Assembly: GCF_000315625.1 (NCBI RefSeq)
Contig: NW_005434666.1
Span: 124,001 to 187,960 of the forward strand
Direction of reading: 5' to 3'
Length of the DNA stretch: 63,960 bases
Source: Guillardia theta CCMP2712
Taxonomy: Eukaryota; Protista; Cryptophyta
A program made the translations under genes and the position numbers. How positions within the stretch are numbered: the first letter of the stretch is position 1; every line of letters begins with the position of its first letter. Under the pieces are notes generated by a model. It worked only from the letters and a program-made list of their open reading frames with translations, was not told where the DNA came from and searched no databases. Of this stretch, positions 14,301 through 27,700 are shown piece after piece.

Positions 14301-17300
14301 TATGGGTGAGAGTCTGTCAAGAAACTTCCTGTTGTTGACAACAATGATATGCATGACAAGAGGAAGCTTGAGTTGTTTGTTGTCCTTGTTGGACTCTTTC
14401 CCTCTTTGATTGTTTCTCTTCTCTTGAGCTCGATCTCTCTTTTGTCTGAATGCAACTGAATTCTGACATTTCTCTCCTCTCCTCTCCTCTCCTCTCCTCT
14501 CCTCTCCTCTCCTCTCCTCTCCTCTCCTCTCTCCAGGTCTCCCTTCCGCCTCTTTGCAAGCCCGGAGGACAAGCTTCCAGTAGCATCCAAGTGCACCATG
14601 GAAGTAGCCAACGTCATCGTTCCTACCTCCTTCTCCGTCACAGCAGGCGATACCTTCCAGGCTCTTCTCGTCGTTCGCAACCGCTACGGAGTCACCCTCC
14701 CCTCAGTCTCCCCTGGCGTCGCTTCCGTTGCCCTCTCCACCGACAGCGTCAAGCCAACGCTGCAGGACAACCTTGACGGCACTTTTCTCGTCAGCTTCTC
14801 CATCACCTCCTCCAGCACCTACTCCCTGACCGTCAACATCGATGGAGGAGGCGGAGCTCTGCCCATTCTTAACGCTCCCTACCAGCTCACCATCGTCCCG
14901 GCTGATCCCTTTCCCCGCACCTCCACTGCCGTCCTGCCACCCTCCAACATCTTCACTGCCGGATCTCGTGTCACCTTCAGTGTGCAGGTGAGACCTTGTT
15001 GGCTCCTTTGTTGGGTTGTCCTCTTCCTCCTCCCCATGATGATGATCATCATCATCAACATCATCGTCATCATCAAACTTTGACTTTCACTTTCTCTGTG
15101 CCTTCTGACTCTGGCTGCAGATCAAAGATCGCTTCGGCAATGTTCAAGACGCGCAAAAATATCCCACCAAGACGCTTGCATGTACGGTCTCTTACGGCAC
15201 AGGAGTCGCCCTGTATCAGTTTGCTGCCGACGTCGTCGTTGACACAGACGGTACTTTCAAAATTTCCTTCACAGTCAAGCAATCTTCCAGCCATGAAGTC
15301 ACAGTCATGGACGGAGCAGTTCAGGTCATAAAGTCACCTTTCACTATCTCAGTGATTCCGGGCCCGGTCTCCCAGCTGACCAGCCTCATCAATACCGTCT
15401 ATGAAGTTAAGAACATCACCGCTGGAACGCGTCAGTCCTTCCCGCTTGTCTTCAAGGACGCCTACTATAATGCGATCACCGATATCCAGAGCTCCTTGCT
15501 CACCGTTACCGTCGAGGGAGCCGTCGATGTGTCTGCACTCTCCTGTGAGATTGTTCAGGCTGACTCAGGTGCCTTCAACGTTGTCTGCGGAGGAACAAAG
15601 ACGACTGGTCCCTTGCAAGTCCATGTGAAGATCAACCAACTGGACATCAAGAACTCTCCTCTCGTCGTCTACATCGTTCCATCCTTCGCCGTGGGCAGCA
15701 TCTCCTACGTCTCCTCCGCCATGTTCACCCAAGTCCGGGCGGGAGAGCTGAAGTCTTTCTCTGTGCAGCCGGTGGACAAGTTTGGAAACAAGCACGAGAA
15801 GGCCACAAACGAGACCCTCATCGCTAACATCAGGGGGCCAGTGTACATCGCAACCTGCTCCTCCTCCCCTTCCTCTGCCAACCAGCCCGACCTCTCTCAG
15901 TGCGTCTCGCTGATCAAGGGAGGAACGTCCCTGTACACCTTCAACTTCATCCTCACTGTCTCTGGCGAGTACATCATCGAGACCTACCTCCTGAGCCAGA
16001 TCACCAACCAGCTGGACAAGATCGGGGATGGGCAACCGTGGAAGGTCAGCGTCAAGTTTGACACCCTGCACAAGAACAACACTGAGCTGAGAGGAGTCGG
16101 GGCCTCCGCTTTTGTTGCCGGAATCTCCTCCGCCTTCGAGGTAGTCACCTACGACAAGTTCATGAACCGCTACAGAATGGGAAACGCCAGCGTCTCCGTA
16201 GCCTTTGACCTACTCCAGGAGAAATTCGTTCAACTTAATTGGAACGAGAGCTCCAGGAGTTTCCGACCGACGTCCATCACGGACAACGGCGACGGAAGTT
16301 ACAATGTAAACTATTTCCTCACCATCTCTGCCGTCTATCAGATCTCCGTCCTGATCGACGGGGAGCGGGTGGGAGGAGCAGGAAGTCAGTTCCTCCTCCA
16401 AGGCCAGTCCTCCACGCTCTCCTCAGCCCAGACCTCAGGGCTCGTGCTCAAGGTTGGAGCAAGCGGCCTGGAGACTGTGGGAGGAGGGACAGTACAGGGG
16501 ACGGCTGGACTGTGGGGGTCGTTCCAGCTAGTAGCCCGAGATGAGTTCGGAAACCAGAAGACAACAGGAGGAGATCGGTTCAGCGTTGACATGATGGGCC
16601 CTGTCCAAGCAGAAACTCAACTGGTGGACCTTGGAAACGGTTCCTACGTCGCCTCGTACCTGACCAAGATAGACGGTCTGTACGAGATCAACGCAAGGCT
16701 CAGAGGCCTGCAAGTCGGAGTCATGAGGCTGGTGAACGGGTCGCTGACCTCGAGCCCGCTGATAGACGTGCCTGTCGTCCGCGCTTCTCCTCTCTTCTCC
16801 GACATTACCCTCACCTCCTACTCCATCCTTACCGCTGGCCTTCAAGGCTCCTTCCAGCTCATTGCCAAGGACTCCTTTGCTACTAGCGACTGCTGCTGCG
16901 AGGCCTCCTCTTGCACTGGCTGGAACTTCGACCTCCTCCCCTCCTGGAGCTCGGATCTCTTGACAGGCAGCGTCATCCCCAAGAAGCCCACGGGCAAGGA
17001 TGCGGCGCTCACGAGCACGTTGGAGGCAGCGGGAGCATGGCGAGCATCCGTCTACTCCATCGTCCAGGGCATCGCCGTCCACGTTCTTGGGAGCCCCTTC
17101 ACTGTAGAGGTCCTGCCCGCCAACCTGCGAGCTGAGAACACGGAGGTAGGAGGCAGCGGCCTTGTTGGGGCTGTGCTGGGGTCCCAGGGAGTCATCACCG
17201 TCATCACCAAGGATCAGTTCTTCAACCCTCGAACGAGCGCCAGGCTGCAGGTGGACAGGGTGCTGGTCTACCGTGCCAAGACGGAGACGTCGGCCCTCCC

Positions 17301-20300
17301 CAGGCAGGAGGGCGGGAACTTTGCGGGCCGCTACGTCGGCTACTACTGCGGGCGGGGAGACTGCTCCTCCGATGATGCTGGACTGCTCTGCACGAAGCCT
17401 CCGAGCATCGGGGCATGCCAGGTCGACTGCTCGAGCTGCACCTGCTTCTCCTCGTCTTGCGCTGGTACCACGACTATCAACGTGGTCGTCAACGACGTCC
17501 ACGTCCCCGGAAGCCCCTTCACCGTCCAGATCGTAACCGATGCGACGGCGGTGGCGGGCAAGTCCAGCGTCGTGACGGACTTGGCAACATCGTATTCAGC
17601 TGGGGTTCCGGTGTCAGTCCAGATCCAGCTGAGGAGCTCTCAAGGAATCGACGTCAGGAAAGGTGGATATCAGTCCCCCTCCTTGTTCCTTCCTCCTTAT
17701 ACTCCTTTCCTCCTCTCCTTCAGCGCCCTCTGCTGGACTTCCCTCTCACCTCCTCTTCTGCCCTAGCTCTCCCTCCCTTCCTAAGGCAACTTGCTCTTTG
17801 CTCCTTGCTCCGATACTTCGCTACCTCCTTGTTCCCCATTTCCTTCCCTTCGGACGTTCTAGAACTGACCACAAGGCCGAACGCAGGAGGAAGGAAGGTC
17901 ACCGCCCAGGTGGTCAGTGAGAGCTTTTTGTCGTCTCCCGGTCAAGACTCCATCATGGTCCAAGGCGTACAAGTTCAGGACACCAACACTGGGCTCTACT
18001 CCTTCCAATTCACTCCGCAAAGGGCTGTACCGCACGCCCTCCTCCTCTCCCTCGACGATACCATGATCTCCTCGTCCTGGAACGGGACGGGAATCAGCCA
18101 GGACACGATAGCGATCCAGCTGCAGGAGCAGGCGAGTGCCTCGGACGGTTTCTACAAGAGCTATGCTGTCATAGTCGACGGCGTCAGTTTGCCGCATCGC
18201 CTGTCAACCGTGAACGACTACATCGCAGCCAGCCAAACCCTCCGGCACAACCTCAACTTTTTCCAGGCCTCTCCCTTCCGGCTGCTCCTGACGCCCTTTG
18301 TGGTCAAAGTCAGCCCAGGGGCTCTTTCTCTGCCCAACACTCTGATCTTCTGTGACAGCAAGTCAGTCGTCAAGGTCGGCCAAGACTACCTCCCGTCCTC
18401 CTCCATGCAAGTCGGCAACGCCATCTTCGATGAGGTTTCCTGCGGCATGGGCGCGGGACTGGCGAGCATGAACCACGTCATCAGCCTCCAGCTTCGAGAT
18501 GCGTTCAACAACCAACTGACGCAAGGGATCGCGACAGAGAGGATGATGGTGAAGGTAAGGAGCGTCGACCAGGATGTTTCTACCACCATCCTTGGCCAGT
18601 TTTGCAGCGACTCACTTGTCAACTTCCCTGAGGACTGCAAGACCACCATCGACATGTACAAGTGCGTCAACGCTTCTCTCAACTTCAGCTCTCCCACCTG
18701 CTCCTTCGCTTGCCCACCCTCCCTGTGCTACAAGACCTCCTCCTTCTCTCGATCCTGGCATGACAACGACGGAACATTCTCCATCACCTACCAGGCGACC
18801 CGGGCTGGCATGTACTCATTGCAGATTTCTATCGACGACTCGATCATCCTGCAGCAGCAGCGGGAGGTCTACGGTGCTCTCCTCCATCCCTCCTCCGCCC
18901 AGATCGTCGGGCTCGCCAACCGTTCAGCTGGAGACGTTGGGCTCTTCCGAGTCAGGACGACCGACCGCTTTGGCAACCCCCCATGCTCGCAGAAGCTCTG
19001 TCCTCCCATCCCCGAGCTCGACGTCGAGCTTGTACTCCTTGCTCAACCTGACACTGCTCCCCTGCATGCCTCCACGCAGTTCGTGGCTTCGGAGTCTATG
19101 TTCTACTGCTCGTACACGCTGACGCTGTCGGGAGTCTACCGCATGTTGGTGATGATGATGAACAAGACTATCGGGGTGTACTCCACCGAGATCCGAGCCA
19201 ACAAGGCGGATGCCAGCAAGACGTGGGTCGAGCGGTATGACATCTTCACAGCTGGCAAGCAGACAACTTTCAGGATCGAGGCTCTAGATAAGTACTCAAA
19301 CCGCCTGACCAAGGGAGGAGACAACTTCCAGGTGAAGCTGCTGGGGAGCTACGGGAGGAACTACGACGGGTCAATCAGGGACCTTGGCAACGGCTCTTAC
19401 TTCGCCTCCTTCAACGTGTCTGTGACCGGCAACTTCTCACTCTTCCTAACGCTCGGGCTAGAAACGGTGGTGGACAGGGAGGTCATGATCATCCCGAACT
19501 TCGCGTACGGCCCTTCCTCCTCCCTCCTCACCTCCATCGTGGGAGAGAACACTGCTCCATGGGTGGCTGATTTCAGAGTCCAGCTGAGGGATCAGTTCAT
19601 GAACCAGCTGCTCTCCTGCAGCTCCAACTTCGTCATGTTCTACCTCTGGAAGCTGGTGGATGGAGCAAACAATCAGCTTATCGTCTCAAAGAACATGACT
19701 TGCACTGGAGGCATCGCAACTCTTGCTTCCTCGGTCGTCGCCGCTGGCTCTTACATCATCGAGTTCAAGATCAACGACGTTCATGTCCAAGGATCTCCCT
19801 TCTCCTCTACTGTCAAGCCAGCAGCCGCCGATCCCAACTCGTGCATAATTACAACTCCGCTCATCACCGCCTCCTCCTCCTCCTCCTCCTCCTCGAACCA
19901 ATCTAGAATCGTGGCAGGGACGAAGAGCTGGCTGCAGCTCCAAGTGCTCGATCGGTTTGGCAACGAGGTTCGCAACGATCCGTTCAGAGAAACTCAGCGA
20001 GTAGTTGTTTACCTTGCAAGTGAGTTGTTACAACCCCCCTACACCTCCTCTCCCACTCTCTCCCTCTCTTCTCCCCCCCCCCCCCCCTTCTCTCCCTTCT
20101 CCTTCTCATAATCCCGCTTCTTCGCTCCCTCCCTCCTCATCCTCCCTCTCCTAGCCTGACATGCCTCAGGTCTCGGTCAGCGATGCTTCCCCGTCTGTCC
20201 CTCCAGCTGCAATCTCCTCACAGGGCTCCCCAACACTCCTCAGGATCTCTGCATCGTCGCCAACGTGACTGACAACCAAGACTCCACCTTCCTCGCCGAG

Positions 20301-21740
20301 TGGACCCCGACTGTAGCCGACTCCTACCAGCTCAGGATCCTCCTTCAGGACGCCTACGTGGCTGGTGGCTCCTTCCTCCTCCAAGTAGTAGCAGGGCCCA
20401 TCTCTGCCCAGACCTCCAGGGTTTTCGGCCTCCCGCAGGTGAGCGGAGCTGGAGTGAGCGTCAACTTTGCCATGGAGACTCGAGACTCCTACGGCAACCT
20501 GGTGACTCAGGGTGGAGCCAGCTTCACTTCTCAGCTGGTCCGCCGCGCCCAGGACTTCTCGCAGGTGGTCACGAACCTCAGGGTAGATGACTGCTCGACC
20601 ACCCCCTGCTCCAACTTGACGTGGGGGGCGGGAGTCTACGAGTCCTCGTACTTCGCCACCCTCTCAGCTCTCTACACAGTCAGGGTCGAGCTGGAGTCGA
20701 TGAACGTGCAGAACGGTCCCTTCCGCACGCTGGTGACGGCCGGATCCCTAGACCCCAAGTCCTGCATACTGTCCGGGCCCGGATCGATCGGAGGCTTCGT
20801 GAACAGCAAGACAAGCCTTCAGATCATCATGAGAGATCAGTTCGGCAACACCTTGCTGACGTGGGACGGGACTTTCTTCAACGCTGAGATCCAATGGGAT
20901 ACCTCCCTGCAGACGCTCCTCTTCTCCTCAGCTGGCAACGGGACACTGGTGACTGAGTACACCCCACAAGCAGCCGGCAGCTTTCAGCTCAAGGTTCTGA
21001 CCGTCTTCGACAAGATCCAAGTCAGCGGGAGCCCGAGGCTGCTGTCCTTTGTAGCTTCAGATGACGGGTACTCCGACCCGAGCAAGAGTGTGGTGGTGGG
21101 AGACAGCCTGAAGGGGATGGTGGCAGGGGAAGGAGGACAGGCGACGCTGATCGCACGGACGAGCGCTGGGCTTAACCGACAGACAGGAGGGGACACTGTG
21201 CTAGCACAGATGGTCTCTTCCTCCGATTCAGGCGGAGCCGTGGTGCAGAACTTGTACACCAGGGACAACCAGGACGGCAGCTACAGCATCAGCTACGTGG
21301 AGACGAAGGCTGGAGTGTACCAGCTCAATGTCCTGCTCGGAACAAATCATGTCCTTGGATCTCCCTTCTCCCTGAAGGTGATCCCCACCTCAGCCCTGGG
21401 CAGGAAGACTCTCTTCACCCCCTCAAAGTCCTCCGAGCTCTCCACCATCGCAGGATTATCCCAGGCCATCACGATCGTCTCCGTCGACGCCTACGGTGAG
21501 TTCTCTTTGACTCCCTCCTCTCTGCTGAAGCCTCTCCTCCTCTTCCTGCAGACAACTTCGTGGCATACGACGATTACACCCTCCCTGACAGGTACTATGT
21601 CACCATGCTCTCGACGTCGTCCGCCCCGAAAGCATTGGACGTAGTGGACAACAAGGATGGAAGCTACCAGACGTCATGTGAGTCGTTGTGCGCTGACCCT
21701 TCACTGTCATACTTCCTCCTCCTCCTCATCATCATCATCG

Positions 21741-21771
<31 letters not shown>

Positions 21772-24700
21772 GATCACGTCCCTCGCAGACTATCTCACCC
21801 GGGCTGGCTCCTACAGCCTCAAGATCGAGCTGCGAGAAGTCTCGGGCTCGCTCTTCCAGGTCACGCAGATCGACAACATCATGGTTCAGGCAGGAAACGT
21901 CAACATTGAGAGCTGCCAGGTCGTCGGCAACGGGTTGAACAACGGCATTGCCGGCCTCGAGCCCACCTTCGGAGTCTTTGCTCGTGACGTGTTCGGCAAC
22001 CAGCTTGACAGCGCCACCCTGAACCTCGTGGCAACTTTGACAGGCAACACGACGACTAGGCTGGCATTCTCCTTCGTTTCCCAGCTCGGCCAATTCACCT
22101 CCAGCTACTCAGTGACGAGAGCGTCCGTGTACAAGCTCTCGATCAAACTTAACGACGTTGATCTCATCGGCAGCCCCTGGAGGGTCCAGGTGACTCCCTC
22201 CCTTGTCTCAACGCCGAGATGCCGCCTGCAGGGAAGCAGCAGCAAGGTGATGACAGCTGGAGTCGATGGCGTGTTTCAGCTCAGCTCCTACGACGAGTAC
22301 GACAACCCTGTCACCGAGGGGTTCAAGGCCTTCAAGTTTGCGCTCTACGGCCCTAGCAACTGCAAGGGCCTCGCACTTGATAACTTCGACGGCACTTACA
22401 CGCTGACCGTCCCGGCTGTTCCGACAGTAGGGCAGCACTGGCTGGAAGTGACGCGAGGAGGGGCGCATATCCTTGGCAGCCCCTACGCTGTGATGATCTA
22501 CCCCGGCAGCATCAACCTGTACACCAGCACCATCAACCTGGACTCGCTCAAGCAGCTCAACGTCGGTGACTCCGCCTCCTTCCTGATCAAGTCCAAGGAC
22601 CAGTTCAACAACCTGCTCACCCTGGGAGGCGAGGTCTTCGCTGCCTCCACCTCCTCCCCAGCTCAGAGAAGCTTCACGGTGGTGGATACGAACAACGGCG
22701 AATACATCGGGGCCTTCATGACTACCATCGCGGGATCCTACAGCCTGCGGGTGACTCTCAACGGTGAGCTGCTGCAAGGACAGGAGTTCTCGATCCTGGT
22801 CCTCTCCGGCGCGGTCTCTGTTAGAATGTCGAGAGTCTATGGGTCGGGCGTGAGCGACTCTGTAGCTGGGATAGAGCAGGATATTTTCCTCCTCCCCAGG
22901 GACGACTACGGCAACGTAGTCAGCTACACCCTCACACCCCAGCTGGTGATCAGCAGTGCAAACTTTGCCACCAAGTCAGTGTCGATGACGCAGCAGAGTG
23001 ACGGGTCGTACATGACAACCACCATGCTGACTCAGAGCAGCTCCTACCGCCTGCAGATCCTGCTGACAGGAGGGGTTAGCCTCAGCCTATTCGAGCAACA
23101 GGTCAAGATCCTCCCCTCCACCGCCAGCCCGCCGAACTCAGTGCTCTCGTCTGAGGTCGCTCCCTGCAATGTCGACCAGGCCTGCATGTTCCTCCTGCGC
23201 GTGAAGGACGCTTACGGCAACAACATGACGGAAGGGGGAACCATCTTCTCCTCCAGGCTCCTCGGATTAGATCGATCGATCATGGGAACTTCAATAGCAG
23301 GGAGCATCTCTTATCTACCAGGGTCGGGCATGTTCCAGGTCTCCTTCCAAGCGACAAAAAGCGGTAAGAGACAGAGGACGAGGGAGGGAGGGATCTGCGA
23401 GAGGAGAAGGGATGGGAGATAGTTCTGTTGGGGCAAGAGTTGTGTTGAGGGAGAGGGCGATGCTGCTGGTGACTGGGCTGTGTTAGGAACCTATTTGCTG
23501 GAAGTTACCAGGTTTGGACTTCCAACCGTCGGGAGCGGGAGGAGTGCGACTATCCAGCCGGGCGACGTCGTTGTATCTTCTGTTAGAGGGTCAGGGTACG
23601 GGCTGAGCACTTTCCTCCTAATGGCCTCATCGAGATTCATCGTGACTTTAATGGACCAGTACGGCAACCCGACAAGCAGAAATAAGCCAGACCTTAAGGT
23701 GGAAGTCTCTCCAGCTCCACAGTCTGTGAGTGTACAGGACCTGAACAACGGAGTGTATCAAATCGTGTGGGTTGCAAACTCCACGTCCCCCTACAAGATC
23801 TCCATCACTGCCTCTTCCCAGCACATCACCGACAGCCCCTTCACTGCCACGTCACCAACCAGCGCCGACGTCAAGGCTGTGAGTCAAGACGACCCTTTCC
23901 TTGAATTCTGACTGACGTACCTGCCAGGTCGATGAATCCTTCACCTCCCTCTCAGGAGCCGCGTTGGATGGCGTTGTTGCTGGCACGTACTCCGCTGTCA
24001 ACATCGTCCTCCGCAACTCGTACGGGCAAGACATTGGGGCGAGTGACTCGTATGTGTCGGAGTTTGAGGTGACGGCCAACGGGACGACCTGCCCGAGCAG
24101 CGCGGCATGCAACGACAACGTGGACTTGTCCTGCTGCTGGGACGGCTCATCTATCGCCTCCTCCGGCATCGCTGTCATCCACTTCATCTCCAAGATCTCT
24201 GGCCCTCTTTCGCTGTCTGTCAAGCTGCAGAAGGTCGTGGGAGGAGTCTACACCCCCGTCCTCATCGCTGGCAGCCCGACATCCATCCTCATCCTGCCAG
24301 AGATCGTCGATCCCTCTCGCTCCTCGGTGGACTCTCTGTCTGCCTCCGCCATGGCTGCCTGCCCGTCGTGCTCGACCTCCTCTGCTCTTGTCGGGCTGCG
24401 ATATGACCTCGTCCTCACCATCCGTGACAAGTTTGACAACGTGATTCCCTTTAGCCTGCTACAGAACACTCTCGTGGAGGGGCTGGTGGTGCAGAACTCA
24501 ACGCAGGCAACGTCAGCGTCTCTGGTCTTGTTCGATGACAGCGGGAAGTTTGTCTTGCGCTCGATCTTCACCAAGAGCGACACCTACGTCATGCACGTCA
24601 AGGTCAACGGGATGTATGTTTCCGCTTCTCCCTTCGTCGTCGTGTGCAGACCCGGCAGCGTCACTGCCTCTACCTCAGCTCCGATCAACGACGTCTGGTA

Positions 24701-27700
24701 CAAGAACTGGACTGTGGGCTACCCTCACAACATCTCCATCTATGCCAGGGATATGTTTGAGAACATCGTCGGGGACGCGCCGGACTCAATCTTTGACGGG
24801 TTTGTGTCGGGCAACCAGGACCTGTACTTCAGCTTCAAGAAGGACAGCAGCGTGTACTTCTCTCCCATCCTTCTAACGGTCTCTGGCAACTACAGGTTGG
24901 ATGTGATGATGTTCACCAAGCCCATCTTCGGCAGCCCGTTCTCGGTCTACGTCTCCTCTGCCGCCATGCAGCCCTCTGCTTGCTTCCTTAGCGGCCTTGG
25001 CGCGTACTACAGCGAGGCGGGCAAGGCAACCACGTTCTCGCTGTTCCTTCGTGATCAGTTCTTCAACGACGTCAAAGCTTCCTCCTCCTCCTCGCTCGAC
25101 CTCTCGGTAACTCTGATCTCCTTCGCCCGTCAGGATCCGCTCATCCCGCACCTCATGCGCTATTATGCTCCATGTGGCAAGCAGACGGTCTGCAAGGACG
25201 CAGCGAAGCTCAACGTCACCAACGTCACTGTCGCTGCCTCGTACGCGATCTCAGCAGCAGGAGACATCAGCATCTCCTACTTGTCTGCCATGCCCGGCGA
25301 GTTTGTGATGCATGTCAAGCTGGGCTCGTCGGACATCGCCAGGCTGCCCGGCGACCCTTGCGGCGCTTCGTGTCCCTTCGGCAACTGCACGGGATGCCCG
25401 ACGGTGTCGCTCAGTCAAGCTCCCGCCATCGTGTCCTCAGAGTTTGACGCGTCCGGAGGAAGAATTTCCATCCAGTTCAGCGACGAGAGTGACAGAGGCT
25501 TGCAGTACGACACGTTCAACTGCTCCCTCCTCTTCGACGCCTCCTCCTTGGCCAAGATGTCGGACGCCACGCACTCTCCCGCCTGCTTCTTTGCCTCGAC
25601 CACCGTCCTGGTTGTCGAGCTCGCCTTCGGAGCGACGCTGCAGATGAACGAGGAGCTGAACTTCCTCGATGAGGTCCGCGGGCTGTTCTCCGCCCCTGCT
25701 GCCGTCGACGTGGGCTACGGGGGGATTCACCGCAAAGAGGTTTGCAGCAATGGGATGTGCTTCCAGACGTCGCTTGCTGTGAGCGGCAGGACGAGAATCA
25801 TGCGGCCGCTCAACCCAGTCAAGCCCTCTGCCATCCTCAAGGGCCCAGCCATCATCGGGCCCTGCGACTCGCTCGTGCTCGACGCTTCCTCCTCCTACGG
25901 CTCCGGAGGGAGGAAGTTCCAGTTCGTGTACGGAGCTCTGCCGGGAGTGAGCAACGACGTGACGCTGCGGACTTACATCCTGAACCAGAACCTTCCTCCT
26001 TACGACAGGGAGAAGCTGACGATACCGACAGACCTGTTGGAACTGGGAGTCAACTACACCTTCATGGTCAGAGTCACCAACTTCCTGGACGAGTCGAGCA
26101 CGGCTGAGATCACCATCACGAAAGTCTCCTCCTCCTCCCCCATCGTCATCATCGAGGGACCCCCCGAGAAGAGCGTCTTCAGCGCCGACGAGGTCAGGCT
26201 AAGGGGGTACGCCCTCCTCTCTAACTGCTCGTCGAGCAGCGACCCGACCATGGACTACGAATGGACCCTAGTCGACGTCTCTCCCTCCCTCCCTCCCTTC
26301 CCCCTGAACGACAAGACCAAGAACACCCGCAGCCTCTTCATCGCATCGCAAACTCTGCAGGCTGGGTACAACTACACCTTCCAGCTGAAGGGCAGTATGC
26401 GGAGCAACCCCTCCAGCTACGGCATGCAGACGGTGAAGCTTGTTTGTGCCTTCTCTCCTATGAAGGCGAGCATCGACGGCAGCGACAGGAGCATCAGCTG
26501 GGGAGACTTGATCGTCCTCAACGCCAGCACCTCCCTGGACTTTGACGGGCAGGCCATCACCTCCTCCAACACAGAGTTCTCCTGGTCGTGCAAGGGGGAG
26601 ACGGGGCAGGACTGCCTCGGCCCCCAGAGCTCAGCGTTCATCGTCAACTCTCCTCTCTTCTCCCTCGACTCCTCCCTCCTCTCCCCCGGCCTCTACACCT
26701 TCTCCGTCACTCTCATGAAGGAGCCCGGCCCCAGGATAGCGTCCGCCTCTGCCCGCCTGTGGCTCATCCCCGCCGCCTCCGCCAGCGCCGGCATCGCCCC
26801 CATCATGAAGCGCAAGGTGAACCCAGGAGAGAGGCTGGTCCTGTCCAGCTCGATTCTCAGCTCCCCAGCAGCTGGGTACCAGCTCCAGTGGTCGCAGACG
26901 CAAGGAGACTTCCTACTGGACTACCCCAGTAAGGTGTCCACCCCCCTCTCCCTCAGCAACCTGGTGATCAAGGAGGGGTTCCTTGCCCGCGGTCAGCTCT
27001 ACACCTTCCGCCTGTCCGTCCTCTCCACCACGGGAGGCAACTCGCTGGCCTTCGCAGAGATCACCTTCCAAGTCAACACGCCCCCCAGCAGCGGCAACTT
27101 TGCGGTCTCTCCGAGCGAGGGGCGAGGCATCCTGGATGTCTTCCGCCTCGAGTGCAAGTACTGGGTTGACGACGAGGAGGACCTCCCCCTCATCTATGAG
27201 TTTCGGTTTGCGCTGCCTCAGTCCAGCACCCCGACCGACGAGATCCCCCTGGGGACTCTTGACAAGAACTACCTTGACACCGCCCTCCCAAGCCCCCCAG
27301 CTGGGCTCTCAGCTCACATGGTCAACCTCATCGTATACGTGACCGACCAGGCCGGAGGAAGGGAGCGAGCAGCCGCGCAGGCGAAGGTGAAGACGGACCT
27401 GTCAACCTCTTCCAGCCGCCGCCTGCTGGCGCTGGACGCGCTGGCAAAGCTGCTGGAGTGTGTGGGGCTGGGGGATACGGAGTGTATCATCCTCATGACT
27501 TACTCGGTCGCGAGGATGGGGGGGAACATTCCCTGCTCGGAGAAGGACACGCTCCTCAACACACTGCAGACGGCAGCCAACAAGCTGCAGATGAACAAGG
27601 TAGAGGTGGCAGCGTTTGCAACGGCCGTGCAGGAGGCGTCAGCGATGAGCTGCGTGAGCATGCTGCGGTCGAGGAGGCAGATGAACACGCAGCAGCTCGA

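Noticed and set aside
5335-25400. Calling the giant gene a true filamin
   Set aside because: No calponin-homology actin-binding domain; it has a signal peptide, sequons, REJ/GPS and TM helices.
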